From Dicyema japonicum (Eukaryota; Animalia; Dicyemida), in the NCBI GenBank assembly GCA_011109175.1, contig RDEW01000027.1:1-64000 (forward strand): a DNA stretch of 64,000 nucleotides. The letters run 5' to 3'. The translations under genes and the position numbers were made by a program. This document shows positions 24,301 through 36,855 of this stretch, piece after piece. The notes beneath the pieces were generated by a model, which was not told where the DNA came from, searched no databases, and saw nothing but the letters and a program-made list of their open reading frames with translations. Numbering within the stretch: the stretch's first letter is position 1; every line of letters begins with the position of its first letter.

Positions 24301-25755
24301 AGTCCTCTTAATTGAATGATCCAATTAAAAACAAGAAAAACGAGTGCACGAAGAAAAAATTTGTGCAAGAGAATCACGTAATCTCCCTTATTTTCAACTA
24401 TTCTTTGAACATGAATTCCATCCCTACGATTTGGAAACTTTCCCACATAAGCCCAATACCAAAACCTGGCAAAGACAAAAACAATCCCGCTTCATACCGA
24501 CCAATTTCTCTATTATGTTCATTTTCAAAATTATTGAAAAAACTGGTACTTGATTTCATTTCCCTGTCCCTTCCCTTCAGTTCCTCTCAACACGGCTTCA
24601 GAAAGTTCTATTCAACGTCCACCCACCTTACTTCTCTCAATCAATTTATCCTTGATGGCTTCAACTCAAGTCCTCGTCACTTCAAAACCATCGTCTGTTC
24701 TGTGGATCTGCGTAAAGCCTTTGACTCTGTCTCCAAGAAAATCTTAACTAGGAAATTATTTGGACTCTCCATTAATCCCAATTTAAAACTCTGGCTTTCG
24801 AATTTCCTCAGCGGGAGAAGGGCCCGGGTTTGTATGAATGGGACCAAATCACTTTCGAGACTACTTTCCAATGGTGATCCACAAGGCTCTCCTTAGTCCT
24901 TCGCCTTATTTAACCTTTTTATGTTGATTTGCCACGATCAGTTGATAAAGACGATCTTCTCCTCTCCTATACTGATGACATTCTAATTAAATCCCGTGAC
25001 CAGGATCTCCTAAAAGCCTCAGAAAGAGTTCACAAACAACTACACGTGATTCAAAATTGGTTAATCTTTTAAGAAGTCCTCCACATCCCTATTTACCTCA
25101 GACAAACGTCTTGGAAGAATGACCGTTGATTTATTAATCACCAAACTAAAATACCTTTTACGAAGAAATTGAAAATCTTAGGAGTCACCTTTGACACGCA
25201 CATGACCTTCTCCCTTCATGTCCAATATATCTCCGGAACCTGCTCAGAAAAGCTTGGTTTGATCAAATCTATTTTTGGTGGCATCAGAACCCCTTTCCCA
25301 GAATTGAAACTACTACATAAACAATTCATTGAGCCATCTATCAGCTACGCCTGTGCGTCTTGGGGAATCAACCTATCCTGGACGAACAAACAGAAAATCA
25401 GTGATATTCAGTACCTATCAGCTACAACTATCGGCAAGCTCGTGATAACAGTCAGTCTCACATCCACTTCTCTGGAAGACCTTATCAGACAAAATGGGAA
25501 GGGATTCGCCGCTCTGTGCCAAAGATCCAACTTCCTACAATGCTCTAATGGATTGGGTCTTACTAGAAGACTTTACATCACCTCTCTTGTATTTTTTTCA
25601 AAACCCTTCCTTCCTCAGAGAAGCTGTGTTGGATCTCGGAAGGTCCACCGGAAAAAGATGAGAGACCTGATGGAGACGGCCGGGATCACCTAATTAGTTT
25701 AATACAATTAAATTAACTATTGGTGTTCTTGGGTTAAATAAATAAATAAAATAAG
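24300..25755 (+). mobile_element. LINE-D, 5-prime truncated RT copy with intact 3-prime tail
   Basis: PIPKPGKDKNNPASYRPISLL, QHGFR, VDLRKAFDSV, GDPQGS, YTDD, KILGVTFD; ends AGIT-stop, hairpin, and an (aaat)n tail. Confidence 0.85.
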
Positions 25756-25932
25756 AGAATCACGTCACCACCTATAATTTTGTCTCATAAACTTTGTCCT
25801 ATTATTTCCGCCCTAATAATAGTAATCAACAATGACCCCCAAACTATCATTGAATCCAAATAAAATCTTAACTAGTAAGGAAATAACACACGATAATTGT
25901 CAAAAGTCAAAACAGCATTATTATAACCGAAA

Positions 25933-26966
25933 TCATAACAAATTATCATCACTATTGAGTTTTTCACATAATTTCCCCACCAATCTGGTCGTCTGAAAAT
26001 ACTCAGAAATCAAAACCTGTGCCTCAAATCTTCTAAAAGATTTGTGGGCCAATGTTTCACATGCAGAAGACACATCGTAGTCCTCAATTGAGTCAACAAT
26101 GTCAACCAAGACATTTAAACACTCGTCCTTTGGACTAAAAAGTCAGCAAACAAATTTACAAGATCCCTATGTAACGCTCCAGCCCACTCCTGGCTCCAAC
26201 TTGGTCCCCGATAATCAAGTTTAACAAGATCAGGTTAACGATGGGAGCCAAAGACTTTGTTGACTGATTAGCACTGATTCTAAGCTTTATTTCCTCAGTT
26301 GAGCTTAAAATGGCTTCTTTGTATTTCTCGTTTGAAATTAGCGACTTGGATGCGAAACCAAAGCAGTCGCCTGCCTCATTGATCATCTCATCAACCCAGA
26401 TCATAAATTACAGAAACCTGACCCGCTTCTGCGGCACATTTGTACAACTCGAATGCTTGGACAACGTCATATCTTTCACATTCTCTAAAATTTCACAAAG
26501 TAGAACACCTGGCGGCGTTTCGAATGTTCTTCAAAGCCAGTGAATATTTACCAGCAATCTGATAGTCATTTGCCGATAATTTGAAGAATTCGACAGCCTT
26601 TTCTGGAGATTTCGGCAAATACAGGAGTCCAATGGAATACAAATTGCTCAAATGATGATAAATAATACTTTCCACTGTCGACTGAACTAAAAATGCAAAT
26701 ATGAAGTTTTACGGAAGCGAAGACTTGTCGTAGATTTTTTGGAGAGATTCTCTAGCCGTGATCTCTTTTTCCGTGCAGCCAGCATTTTGGTAGCACTCCA
26801 CTTGTTAAGTTATACAATTTTTTACAAGCTTGTTGGTATTGGGAGAACGCCCCTGAAATGTCTGGACTTGGACGAAAAAAGCTCGTTTTTAATCTTTATA
26901 ACTAAATTTTAAGGTTATTTACAATTTTTCAGCTTTAGTCAAATATTTATCACCTTCCAATTCCAT
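25933..26966 (-). CDS. NAPG: Gamma-soluble NSF attachment protein (gamma-SNAP)
   Basis: Seven 22-29 nt GT-AG introns give MELEGDKYLTKAEKLLKTSFFRPSPDISGAFSQYQQA...KAVEFFKLSANDY...ASKSLISNEKYKEAI..., colinear with gamma-SNAP (HLAKAEKYLKTGFLKWKPDY). Confidence 0.85.
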
Positions 26967-27199
26967 TAAATATTTTAGAGATTTAAATTTAAATAAATTA
27001 TATTTTGTGTTTTATTAAATTCAAAATATTATATTCACTCTCCTCGTGGTCCTCATCAAGGATTTTAAGATGATTGGAAAAAAATAAATATTTTAGAGAT
27101 TTAAATTTAAATAAATTATATTTTGTGTTTTATTAAATTCAAAATATTATATTCACTCTCCTCGTGGTCCTCATCAAGGATTTTAAGATGATTGGAAAA

Positions 27200-27620
27200 A
27201 AAACTAAAGAAATCTTATGCAGACACAAAGGAAGGCATTTGGGTCGATAGCAGAACATTCAGATAGAAATCGGGAGATGTTAAAGACTGTGATCACCTAA
27301 TTTGAGAGTTAACCTTTCTTTCTTTGTGGTATTGGTGTGTTAAATAATAATGAATGATTGGAAAGAAACTCGAATTTACAGATGACCCAGAAGATCTTTG
27401 GTCGCATGCAATGGACAGAGTCATATGGAGAAGTGGATTTTATCCAGCAAGAAAAGAGCTTTTAATGTGACAAAACAGTGGAAGTCTGGAGTGAAAATTT
27501 TGGAACTGACACCTCTGAAAGAATTAATTTAGAGGAATGGAGGTACTTGCCTTTTCTGCTCGACGGATCCCCTGTCAGTTCGGACTTGTTTGGAATCAAT
27601 GGAGGAACACCCCTTCATTT
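27200..27620 (+). mobile_element. LINE-D C-terminal and 3-prime remnants
   Basis: MLKTVIT-stop tail near 27280-27345; TPLKEL...PVRTCLE at 27500-27610. Confidence 0.5.
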
Positions 27621-28449
27621 AGCTTAATTAGTTATGGTTTAACAGTGATCTTGTTTTAAAAAAATATATGTCATTTAAACTCTAAAAAACTCTACATAAA
27701 GACTTAGATAAATACAGGAGTCTACACCGGTCAGTGTAGTTTGAGCGTCGTTGATTCTATCACTTAATTTTTTTGTCTAGTAAATCGAACCACTATGTCT
27801 TGGGTTACTTCATAAGGAATAATCTGGCTTCCAATTTATTCCAATACTGGAACATTAATGACAGAATTTGGATGTACGTCTAAAAATAAAAATTCTTCGC
27901 CCAGAGATACCTAAGAATGATAAATGAACTTCACAGTTGTTGGATTGAAAAGAATCAAGAGAAATCGATGATTTTTAAATTGGAAGGCATGGTAGGCTGA
28001 GAAGAAAAATGTCAGGAACCTTATTTGCTAGTTTCTGCCAGGGAATAATTATTCATTTGCAACAAAATATTTATACTCCCATGAACAAGTGGAAGTTTCT
28101 CAGGTTACACATACATTGTTGTGACCAGACCTTGTCATCAGTAAGTTTTTCCTATTAAAAAATGGAAAACAACATTTCTTCAAGCAAATAAGAATTTGAA
28201 AAAATTTCCATCCACATTACCTATTCAGAAAAGATTTTTATATTGCTAAAATTTTTAACACGTTTTATTTCTCTATAAAATATTATTTATCAACAATAAC
28301 GGGAAGAACGGCTCCTGACATTATGGAGNATAAGAATTTGAAAAAATTTCCATCCACATTACCTATTCAGAAAAGATTTTTATATTGCTAAAATTTTTAA
28401 CACGTTTTATTTATCTATAAAATATTATTTATCAACAATAACGGGAAGA

Positions 28450-28560
28450 ACGGCTGCTGACATTACGGAATAAGCGTTTCCGGGGACAACTGCAATTCCC
28501 ATTCGTTGCCTCAGCCATACATAAACTATGGGGCAAAGAGGTTGTGATACTTTCCATAGC
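28450..28560 (-). mobile_element. CRE-clade 3-prime fragment
   Basis: QRMGIAVVPGNAYSVM motif. Confidence 0.55.
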
Positions 28561-28896
28561 ACCAGAAGTATTGCTAAAATAATTTTCTTTTTGAAAAATT
28601 GTTTGAATTACAATATTCTATATTTTAATAAAGTTTGTGGTTTGCTTTTTTATATAAAAATTTTTTCTAGGTAAATTGCCATAAAGTCAAGAAAGGTCAA
28701 AATTTTGAAATTTTAAAGTCAATAAAGTCCATTATTATGTCAAAATTTTGGATTTAGTAAATCAAAAAAATCGCACTACTAACAAGTAAAAATGTTTAGC
28801 GAAAAATAGGACAAGTAATTAGAATAGTTTAGGTTTTCATATAGCGACTCTTGAATCAGAAAAATCACAAGCCAACATCATGGAGTTATTAGGATT

Positions 28897-29490
28897 CTAA
28901 TGAAAATCATCAAAAAAGCCGCTATCTCCTCCAATGATCTTTAGTAGCGGCTCAATCTTGCGATAATTCCATATAAAAAAAGAATATATTCTGTTTTCTA
29001 AACATAAGAGAACTTGAACCTTTTAATTCATAAGCAAATAATTCTCGTCCAGCTCTATCTGCTTTATTGAAAGTACCAATTCTAGCAAACAAGGATGCAT
29101 TAAGCTTAACCTCGTTTTTTTAAAATCCACAAAGTGAAACCCTTTGCATTAAAAGTACATGAGTTCTCAAAGTCAACAAAACATATTTTTTCAGACTATC
29201 AATATCAATAGAATCTATTGGTTTCTCTTCCTGTATGAGAATATCTCAACACAGTGTTGCTGAGTTGAAAGCGATCAATATATGTTGCTTGTACACTATA
29301 ATAATAAATCCATTCTTGTAGGGACAAAGTTTAACACACCTGAATCTCTGAAGTGTAAATATTAAAATCCACTGAAATTCTAAATAATCCACTCAAAAAC
29401 TCCTTTTAGGCAAAGGAGGTAAAATTTTTGGCTAGAAAATCTCGACTGATAAAAACACGAAAAGCACGAAATTAAGGTACATTTTTTCAT
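28897..29490 (-). CDS. Hypothetical protein with micro-introns
   Basis: Candidate 22-30 nt GT-AG introns join EWIYYYSVQATYIDRFQLSNT/EEKPIDS...LLMQR/VKLNASLFARIG...YELK/ENRIYSFFIWNYRKIEPLLKIIGGDSGFFDDFH-stop. The 5-prime exons are unresolved. Confidence 0.45.
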
Positions 29491-30099
29491 TCCTAGAACT
29501 TAATTTTGGAGTTAACATATGTGATATTAAAGGATTTTCTGGGATCATGGGAACTCGATATATGTTGTTAACTATTAACTTTTTACTTGATGAGTGGGTT
29601 AATAAATTAAATTAATAAAAAATTACGATTGAACCCCAGAAACACTGAAAAAAAGATAAAGTATAATCAAACAGTTAAGTGATCCCAGTTCCCGCGATTA
29701 GCAGCGCCATTTTACGTCTGTGTCTTATACCCATAGCTGCTCGGAAGGGCCATCTCTGGTGCTCGCACGTGAATTTGATTCTGGGACGATCGACTTTCTT
29801 TTGCCTGGAATAGATTAGTTTCTGCTTTCTTCACAACAAAGCGGAGGAAACCGACTCAGCATCTAACTTTATGATTTCTGTTAAGTATATCTTATATGCC
29901 ACAGCAATCGAAGGCGAGGCCTGACGATTGATCTAAGCAAAGAGAGAGCGTCAGAGTGAAGCACCAGATCGGTAACTCCACTTCTAATGGGGGAATGGTT
30001 TATTTATTTAGAATCAGGGGATCATCGGGTAAAAAAGACACAAATAACGTTAGACAGTTAGGTTATTCTAGTTCCCAGAATCAACTGCGTCATCTAAAC

Positions 30100-30480
30100 T
30101 TTTTTGGTCTACCAAGGCCCAGCATACGAGTTGAGTATGTGGAACATAGTCTCCGAAACGACGCAACAGAGACATACTCTAAAGATAGTTGCTGGTAGAG
30201 TGTTGCAATAGAATTATCCAAATTTAAAGAGGTCCTCTGAACAAGTTGACACAGAACGTTCATCTCATGAAGGCCTTTGGTGAACGCGGAGCATCCAGAG
30301 CAGATTAGTCCTCCATGGCCACGTTCATTAGGATGCTCAGGTGCAAACGAAGTACATGTCCAAACAGCCTCCATCTTGCTACTAGGATCTCCCTGACGTT
30401 GAACCCCAAGAGGGATAAGTCTAGTAATTGAATTCCGTGTTTTCCAGATATAGGAAAGTAATTTTATGATAAGTCCATAA
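30100..30480 (-). mobile_element. RTE-like C-terminal remnant
   Basis: ARWRLFGHVLRL...AMED motif. Confidence 0.6.
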
Positions 30481-30839
30481 CTTGTACATATCGATGAGAC
30501 TTAACTTTAGAGAAGAGGGAAACTGGATAACTTTCCAAGCCTTGTGATAAAAATATAAATACTTTACCCTCCGACTAACTCCTAACTTCTGTTCATTAAT
30601 AAACTAATTGCTTGCTTAAAAATTAAAACTGAATCTTAGTAATCGCCAAGTTTGTCTTTCTGTTCCGAAGAACTAATTACAACGATTATTAAATAGCGAG
30701 TTTTTACTGTTCGTATTCAACCGTATTTCATTTCCATTTGGTCACATTAATTCAGTAAAGTCCCTTGAATTGGCCCGAAATTGTTCCTGAACTATTTGTG
30801 GCCAATTTGGGAATTTGAAACATCAGGGTACTTTTTTTA

Positions 30840-31640
30840 ATTTTAATTTAAAAACCAAGAATCACCGACAAAACAAAGAAAGGTGATCTCGGCCCTTTTG
30901 AGCAGCCGCCTTATTTTTCCTTGGTGTTCCTCCCGAGTGCCGACNACTATTTGTGGCCAATTTGGGAATTTGAAACATCTGGGTACTTTTTTTAATTTTA
31001 ATTTAAAAACCAAGAATCACCGACAAAACAAAGGAAGGTGATCTCGGCCCTTTTGAGCAGCCGCCTTATTTTTCCTTGGTGTTCCTCCCGAGTGCCGACA
31101 CACATCCTGTATGGACGAATCACTTTTCGGAAGTTTAGGGGTTTTGGCTGAGCCCCCTTTCTCCTCACAAGTTTCTCGAATGGGCTTGGTTTTAATGACG
31201 ACAAGGAGGATCTTCGTAGGGTTTTTGTTACTTTCTCTTGGAAAGAGTTTAATTTCTTTAGGTTGGTGTAGGATATGTTAGTACACCATGCCGTGCAGCA
31301 GTAGCTGATTGATGGAAGTTTGTATTGGTAGTAAAGTTGATCTACTATTGGGTGGAACTATCTCTTGTAGTATCTAAGTAGCGTTTTTACAAATTTTCCT
31401 ACTGAACAGTTTCCTCGGTATTGAGTCAAAAGCCTACTGTATGTCAATGGAACACATAATGGTCTTTTGATGCCGAGGTTTACGTTAAAGGCCTTCTTTG
31501 ATGAATTTTGTCAGGCAGGTAAAATGGGTAGTTGTGGAACGAGCCTTTTTAAATCCATGTTGGAAGAATACGTCTGGGAGAGAATGTTTAATCTGATTAA
31601 GAATGAGTTTATTCAGGATTCTAGAGGTGTCCTGTCATAA
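30840..31640 (-). mobile_element. LINE-D 3-prime fragment (end duplicated across the N at 30945)
   Basis: RPYRMCVGTREEHQGKIRRLLKRAEIT as in other LINE-D ends; stem agatcacc/ggtgattc. Confidence 0.7.
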
Positions 31641-33214
31641 AAAAACTTTATTTTATTAATAAAAGATTTAAATAACAAAAAAATTAAAACTGTTAGAAAA
31701 TTAAAATCATTTCGGGATTTGTCTTTATTTTCACTAATAAATTCATCTATTTTCTGGCCCAAGACAACGCACAGGTTTACGTCGCTGCCCGTTTGCTGAG
31801 GCGAACAAACCGAAGTCGACTAACCAGTTTACTTAACTTCATGATTGATAAAACCCCTTGTATACTTTCTCGTGAAAATGCACGAGGTGAAGAACCCGGG
31901 AAGCATTTGAAGCTAGAAATTCTGAATATATAAAATGTCAGATGCATCTTCTTTATTTAAAGTTCGCTTATCGAATATCTAAAGATTCAGTAAAAGGGGG
32001 GACAAAAGGTTATATCATCCACGAAAAAAGTGAAGACATTAAATGTACTAAGATCATAAAAGGAAAAATGGTTTACGGTGTTAAAATCACTTCTACCTTT
32101 TGTTTGAACCTGAAAACGCCCCTCTACATATACAGGTAGTTTTGGCCACTTCACTTAGAAGACGCAGCTGGCAGATTCAAATATTGTATTCTAGTAACGA
32201 TTTATGAGGAATTAAAAATAACCTTCCTGATTTTTATGAATTCTTGGTTTTTTCTGCCATCTCATTAATTAGGAATGGAAAAGACTATGGGCTGCCAGAC
32301 TGACCATCAAGTCCAAAGCAGAGACAACTTGTTTCTCAATTGACTTTGAGAAAATACTCTGTGAATGAACTCGGAAGCCAACAGTTAGCAAAAGCAACAA
32401 CAAACCCAACCCCCATGAGTCCTAAAAAAGAAGCTGACCACGGAACTAACCGGAAGAAACCGAAAGGGTCTTGGACGATATACTGATAGAATGTTTCACA
32501 ACAATAAGATTTTCCACAGAATCCTCGGAATCGAAAAAAGATCCTATTGAATGGATTCCAGTCTTGCAATCATTTTTAACCATCACTCCAATCTGACAGA
32601 TGATAACTCTGAGTGAGAACGACCTGCCATCGATTAAAATTTTACTAACAAAATTCATGCCGTAACGTCTGATGACATCGGATCTGTAGCTTGTGGGTTC
32701 GAATCCGAAATATGGAGTTTTCAGCGAAGGTCAATTCTTGTCAAACAGATCTCACCCATGAGGCGACGAGTCGTTTTGGCACGACACAGTAGTTAAAAGG
32801 GATCTTCCTACTTTTCTTCCTGACCAAATTCTTTGATAAAGATTGCATGATGAAAACTATTCCGCTAAAGAATAAAGTGATGTCCGCGACGGTAGAACGT
32901 GGGATAAAAATGGAAGAGGACGGACCTACTTCCCCATCTCTCTTTGGAAGCCGAAGCCTGTAATAAAGAATTGGAAGATGGATTTGGTCGGCGCAAGCAG
33001 ATGTTTTCACTTTGGTTTTTTTTTTGGATTAGTTAGTTATGACTGTTTGTGCTGGGCTTACAATGGTAAGCCTGGAAGCCGAAGCCTGTAATGAAGAATT
33101 GGAAGATGGATTTGGTCGGCGCAAGCAGATGTTTTCACTTTGGTTTTTTCCTTGGATTAGTTAGTTATGACTGTTTGTGCTGGGATTACGATGGTAAGCC
33201 TGAGGTTAATAATA

Positions 33215-33270
33215 ATGCCAATGAGTAGACGATCTGGGTTCGAGTCTCGCTGCTATCCTTTCGTCCACGC
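33215..33270 (+). mobile_element. Head fragment of tRNA-derived SINE family S2
   Basis: gggttcgagtctcgctgct matches the B-box region of the copies at 40017 and 46021. Confidence 0.35.
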
Positions 33271-34079
33271 TGTTTTTTTGCTGGCTAGTTTACTGTCGTT
33301 ACTTGTCAAACTTATCCCTAGTATTTGTCGATAATTTCAACGCGAGTAGTTATTTGGGAAAATGTTAATGCTACTTATCATGGTAGTTAAAAAGTTTAAC
33401 GTTGACTTCCAGTCTGAGAATTCAATGAGTGGACTAATTACTACTCGAATCATACATTTAAACATTTTTTCTTGCGAACGAAAAAATTATGATTTCGCTC
33501 CTATAATTTCGTCCATAAATAAAGCCTTCGTTAGTNNNNNNNNNNNNNNNNNNNNNNGGTAGTTAGAAAGTTTAACGTTGACTTCCAGTCTGAGAATTCA
33601 ATGAGTGGGCTAATTACTACTCGAATCATACATTTAAACATTTTTTCTTGCGAACGAAAAAATTATGATTTCGCTACTATAATTTCGTCCATAAATAAAG
33701 CCTTCGTTAGTTGCACGGAGTTTTTTTGCAAAGCGTAGAAAGAAGTAAGATTATATCCAATACATTCAATTCTTCTAAGTAGTGACCTTATTGATCCTAG
33801 AGTTGGTAGATGGAATAAGAAAATCAGATATTTTTACAGTAACACCTGTGAAATAGTAATAAAAATGATAAATCTTCTAGTTTAAAATGTTTCTTAAACG
33901 AAAAATTCTCCAGGATATTTTATAATATCAGCCTTTTCAATGACGTTCCTAATTGAACTTGGAATAACAGATGACATGTTAGTATTTTATTCAAAAAACC
34001 AAAAAATAATATGTCACAGGCGCTTATTCATCTTTGTAATGATCATGGAAGGTTGGGAAAACTAATAGGTACGGCACCA

Positions 34080-34320
34080 GGCCTCATAAACATGAACGAC
34101 GTCCTGGTATAGAGTGTAGAATCCTATTGTGTTGCAAGCCAATAGCGACGATAAAAATACAGAGAGAGAAATGTCTATAGAGCTGTGATTTTAAGCTTTC
34201 CAAGTCTGATTGCCAGTTTGGCCTGCTTCCGTGAGTATTCCTCTAGCCGGAAGTTAGAGATACACTCCAATATCGAACGGAAGATTCCGTCAATATGTGC
34301 GATTTGGTCGAATTTTCGCT
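34080..34320 (-). mobile_element. CRE-clade RT C-terminal fragment
   Basis: FRSILECISNFRLEEYSRKQAKLAIRLG motif. Confidence 0.55.
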
Positions 34321-34379
34321 CGTTGTATTGTCGTGCATTGAATCAATTACCAGTAACTTCACGTCCACTCCATACATAA

Positions 34380-34870
34380 TTCCACTCCAACTGCTTCCTT
34401 TATGTTTTTAGTCCAACACTTATCCTCGGACATCATCTTAGATAGTGATCTTGTGATTGTCTGATTGAAGCGTTCGATTATCCTTTCACTCATTGGATTG
34501 TTAGGCCTACTATGAATTTGTTAGACGTTGAAGCAGTCACATAATGCTCTTACATGAAATATCTCATTCTGACACCACTTTCCGAATAATTTCTCTTCTC
34601 ACGAAAAAATATCTTTCATTGCAATATTGTTCCAATGTGTTGTGTCCATAATGGGTCAATTGATGAATTTGCGAGGCCACTAATTATTAGAGAAAATGAC
34701 AATTTTGTGGTTTCCATTTGTGTATTTAAGGTATAACCTCCCATTGATAGATGAAAATTGTTTGACTTTTGAGTTAATCGGTATTTTTTGTTTTGTCATT
34801 AGATCGAAGATCCCCTTCTCTTCCATTATTTTCATTATATCAATTTATTCTTGGGTTGTTTCAACGAAAA
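34380..34870 (-). mobile_element. Gypsy/Ginger-like integrase remnant
   Basis: THYGHNTLEQY (zinc-binding region) and IIERFNQTITRSLSKMM...W (rve catalytic end); internally deleted; no adjacent RT seen. Confidence 0.6.
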
Positions 34871-36079
34871 ATGGAGCCATCAGCTTAAGCTTATAAAACA
34901 CGCCTGTATTATGCTATTTGAAATTTAAAAACTGTTGCGCCTTCCAAAAATATTTAAATTGGAATTTTTTTAATTTTAAATATAATAAATGAGAAAAACA
35001 TGTGTAAAGTTTAGTAAAAAAATGCTTGAAATTGTAAATTTGAGCATTATGTAACACGTAGCGCTCGGTAACGCGCGTGTGACATAATAAATAAAAAATC
35101 AATAAAATATTTGGCTATTACTTTTTATTTATATAAATTTTTGACTTTATTGCAATTTCCATGTCTGAAAACAAATCACCTATTTCAATGTCATGAATTG
35201 GCACGACGTTTTTCTACAATGCCGGAACTGACCGATCTATGAGAGCGACCAACATCTGCTGCCTCCTATTAGCTGCTGGCCTCCTACGAGTTATTGAAGC
35301 TGGAGTTACTTAAATAACTAACTAACTGTATTGAGAAAAATCGCCCTAATGATTAGTTTACAAGCCGGAACTGACCGATCTATGAGAGCGACCAACATTC
35401 GCTGCCTCCTATTAGCTGCTGGCCTCCTACAAGTTAGTGAAGCTGGAGTTACTTAAATAACTAACTAACTGTATTGAGAAAAATCGCCCTAATGATTAGT
35501 TTACAAGCAAAAAAAGTACATGTCTTTCTTCCCGTGAGCATATACGGGGTAGCAAACTCAGGAGACTAAAGTTGTTAAAAAATCGAGTGTCGGATGGACA
35601 TAAGATTCAGGTTCGAATTTCGGGCATCCCGAATTTGAAAGAGCTTAAATTACAATTTCTAAGTACCATTGTGCTCGAAAGGTTAATTTAATTAAAAAAT
35701 TTTTACTGAGAATTTAAAAGCTCATTGTATCTTAAAGGTATTCTGATCTGATTCCTACCATAACAGATAATTCAGATTGGACAGGTTGAAATGTGTACTA
35801 AAAGATCCTTTCTCGTTTCCAACAGACTGTCGCAAATTCTGTTGATTTTCCCTGCCAGATTCACAATCGAACATGTCTCCGAAAAAATGTGCTGTCCGAT
35901 ATGTAGATGAAACTTTCCGAATAATACTGATTTTAGTTAAATAAAAATCACTGTAGGACTCTCAAAGATAATCTTAAATTGATGGAAGAAATAATTTGTT
36001 ATTCAGGTTCACTTGAATGTCACTCGGTACTTAGTGTTGTGATTAGTCGATCCAGGAAAAGTGTCACAAAGAACACAAA

Positions 36080-36790
36080 TAAATTTATTATTTTATTTAA
36101 CACCCAAGACCACGGTAAAACCAAACTAACTATCACGTGATCCCGATGCGTTCCACCAAAATCCTCATCTGTGCTCCTCCCTCGTGCCCACACAAGCTCG
36201 TACTGGGCGGCTGACTGTATTTGCAGGGCCACCTTCCCGCATGCCGGAGTTTAGTTTTATGAAGGCCTCCAGAGTAGTCGGTCCGGTTCTGTGTCTCCCA
36301 CAAGTCAACCGCTCCGTGACTCTGAAAGCCTTCTTTTGTATGTCCTCGATTTTCTTAGTATTCGTCCATGATAATGAAGGTCCCCACGAAGCACACGTGT
36401 ACGAGAAGCATGGTTCAATGTATTGTTTGTAAATATTCATCAAGACCGGGTGGGTACCGGTCTTACATATTCCTGATAAACAATTCAAAACGTTTATTTT
36501 CTTCTCGCACTTTAGAACAATGTTTGTCACGTGTAGTGACAAACATAAGTGCGCATCCAGTGTCACGCCCAGGATCTTCTGACATTTGCTGAAGGGAATT
36601 TCAGCGTTGTCCAATTTTAAGGTGACAGTCTTCTTCCCCAACCTTTTGTCCGAAGTAAACATAGACGTGACCGACTTTCTGGAATTTACCGTGAGTCGGT
36701 TCTTCATTATCCAGGCGTTGAGTCGGTCCAGGTTAATTTGTAATCTTTCTGTAGCATTTTGGATATCCCGATAACGCGAGGCCAAAACAA
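36080..36790 (-). mobile_element. LINE-D 3-prime half, young copy
   Basis: The 206-aa frame is highly similar to 55564-56211 (ATERLQINLDRLNAW.MKNRLTVN, ILGVTLD); intact tail. Confidence 0.85.
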
Positions 36791-36855
36791 TTAAAATTTG
36801 AATTATTATTATTAATTAAATTAAAATTATTGTGATTAATAATTATTAATTTATA

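Noticed and set aside
28190-28460. Tandem duplications flanking single Ns or N runs (28329, 30945, 33536-33557, 40467, 48811, 53739, 60378)
   Set aside because: These are near-identical overlaps on either side of a gap character, typical of scaffolded contig-end or haplotype overlap.
32669-32710. CTGATGA...GAAA hammerhead-like string
   Set aside because: Stem II lacks the closing G-C pair, and no stem I/III or cleavage triplet could be formed.
33600-33740. FLYWCH-like peptide on the minus strand
   Set aside because: Key Trp/Cys/His residues are missing and the region is at a gap edge.
35221-35506. Two-unit direct repeats without Ns (about 143 bp here; also about 26970, 33000, 37600, 38190, 38680, 41885, 43625, 56440)
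   Set aside because: Only two near-identical units and no spacers, so not CRISPR or satellite; likely gap-filling or allelic artefacts. Long reads would be needed to call them real.
35895-35935. VRYVDETF, resembling a Penelope RT motif
   Set aside because: A single motif with no other RT or GIY-YIG support.
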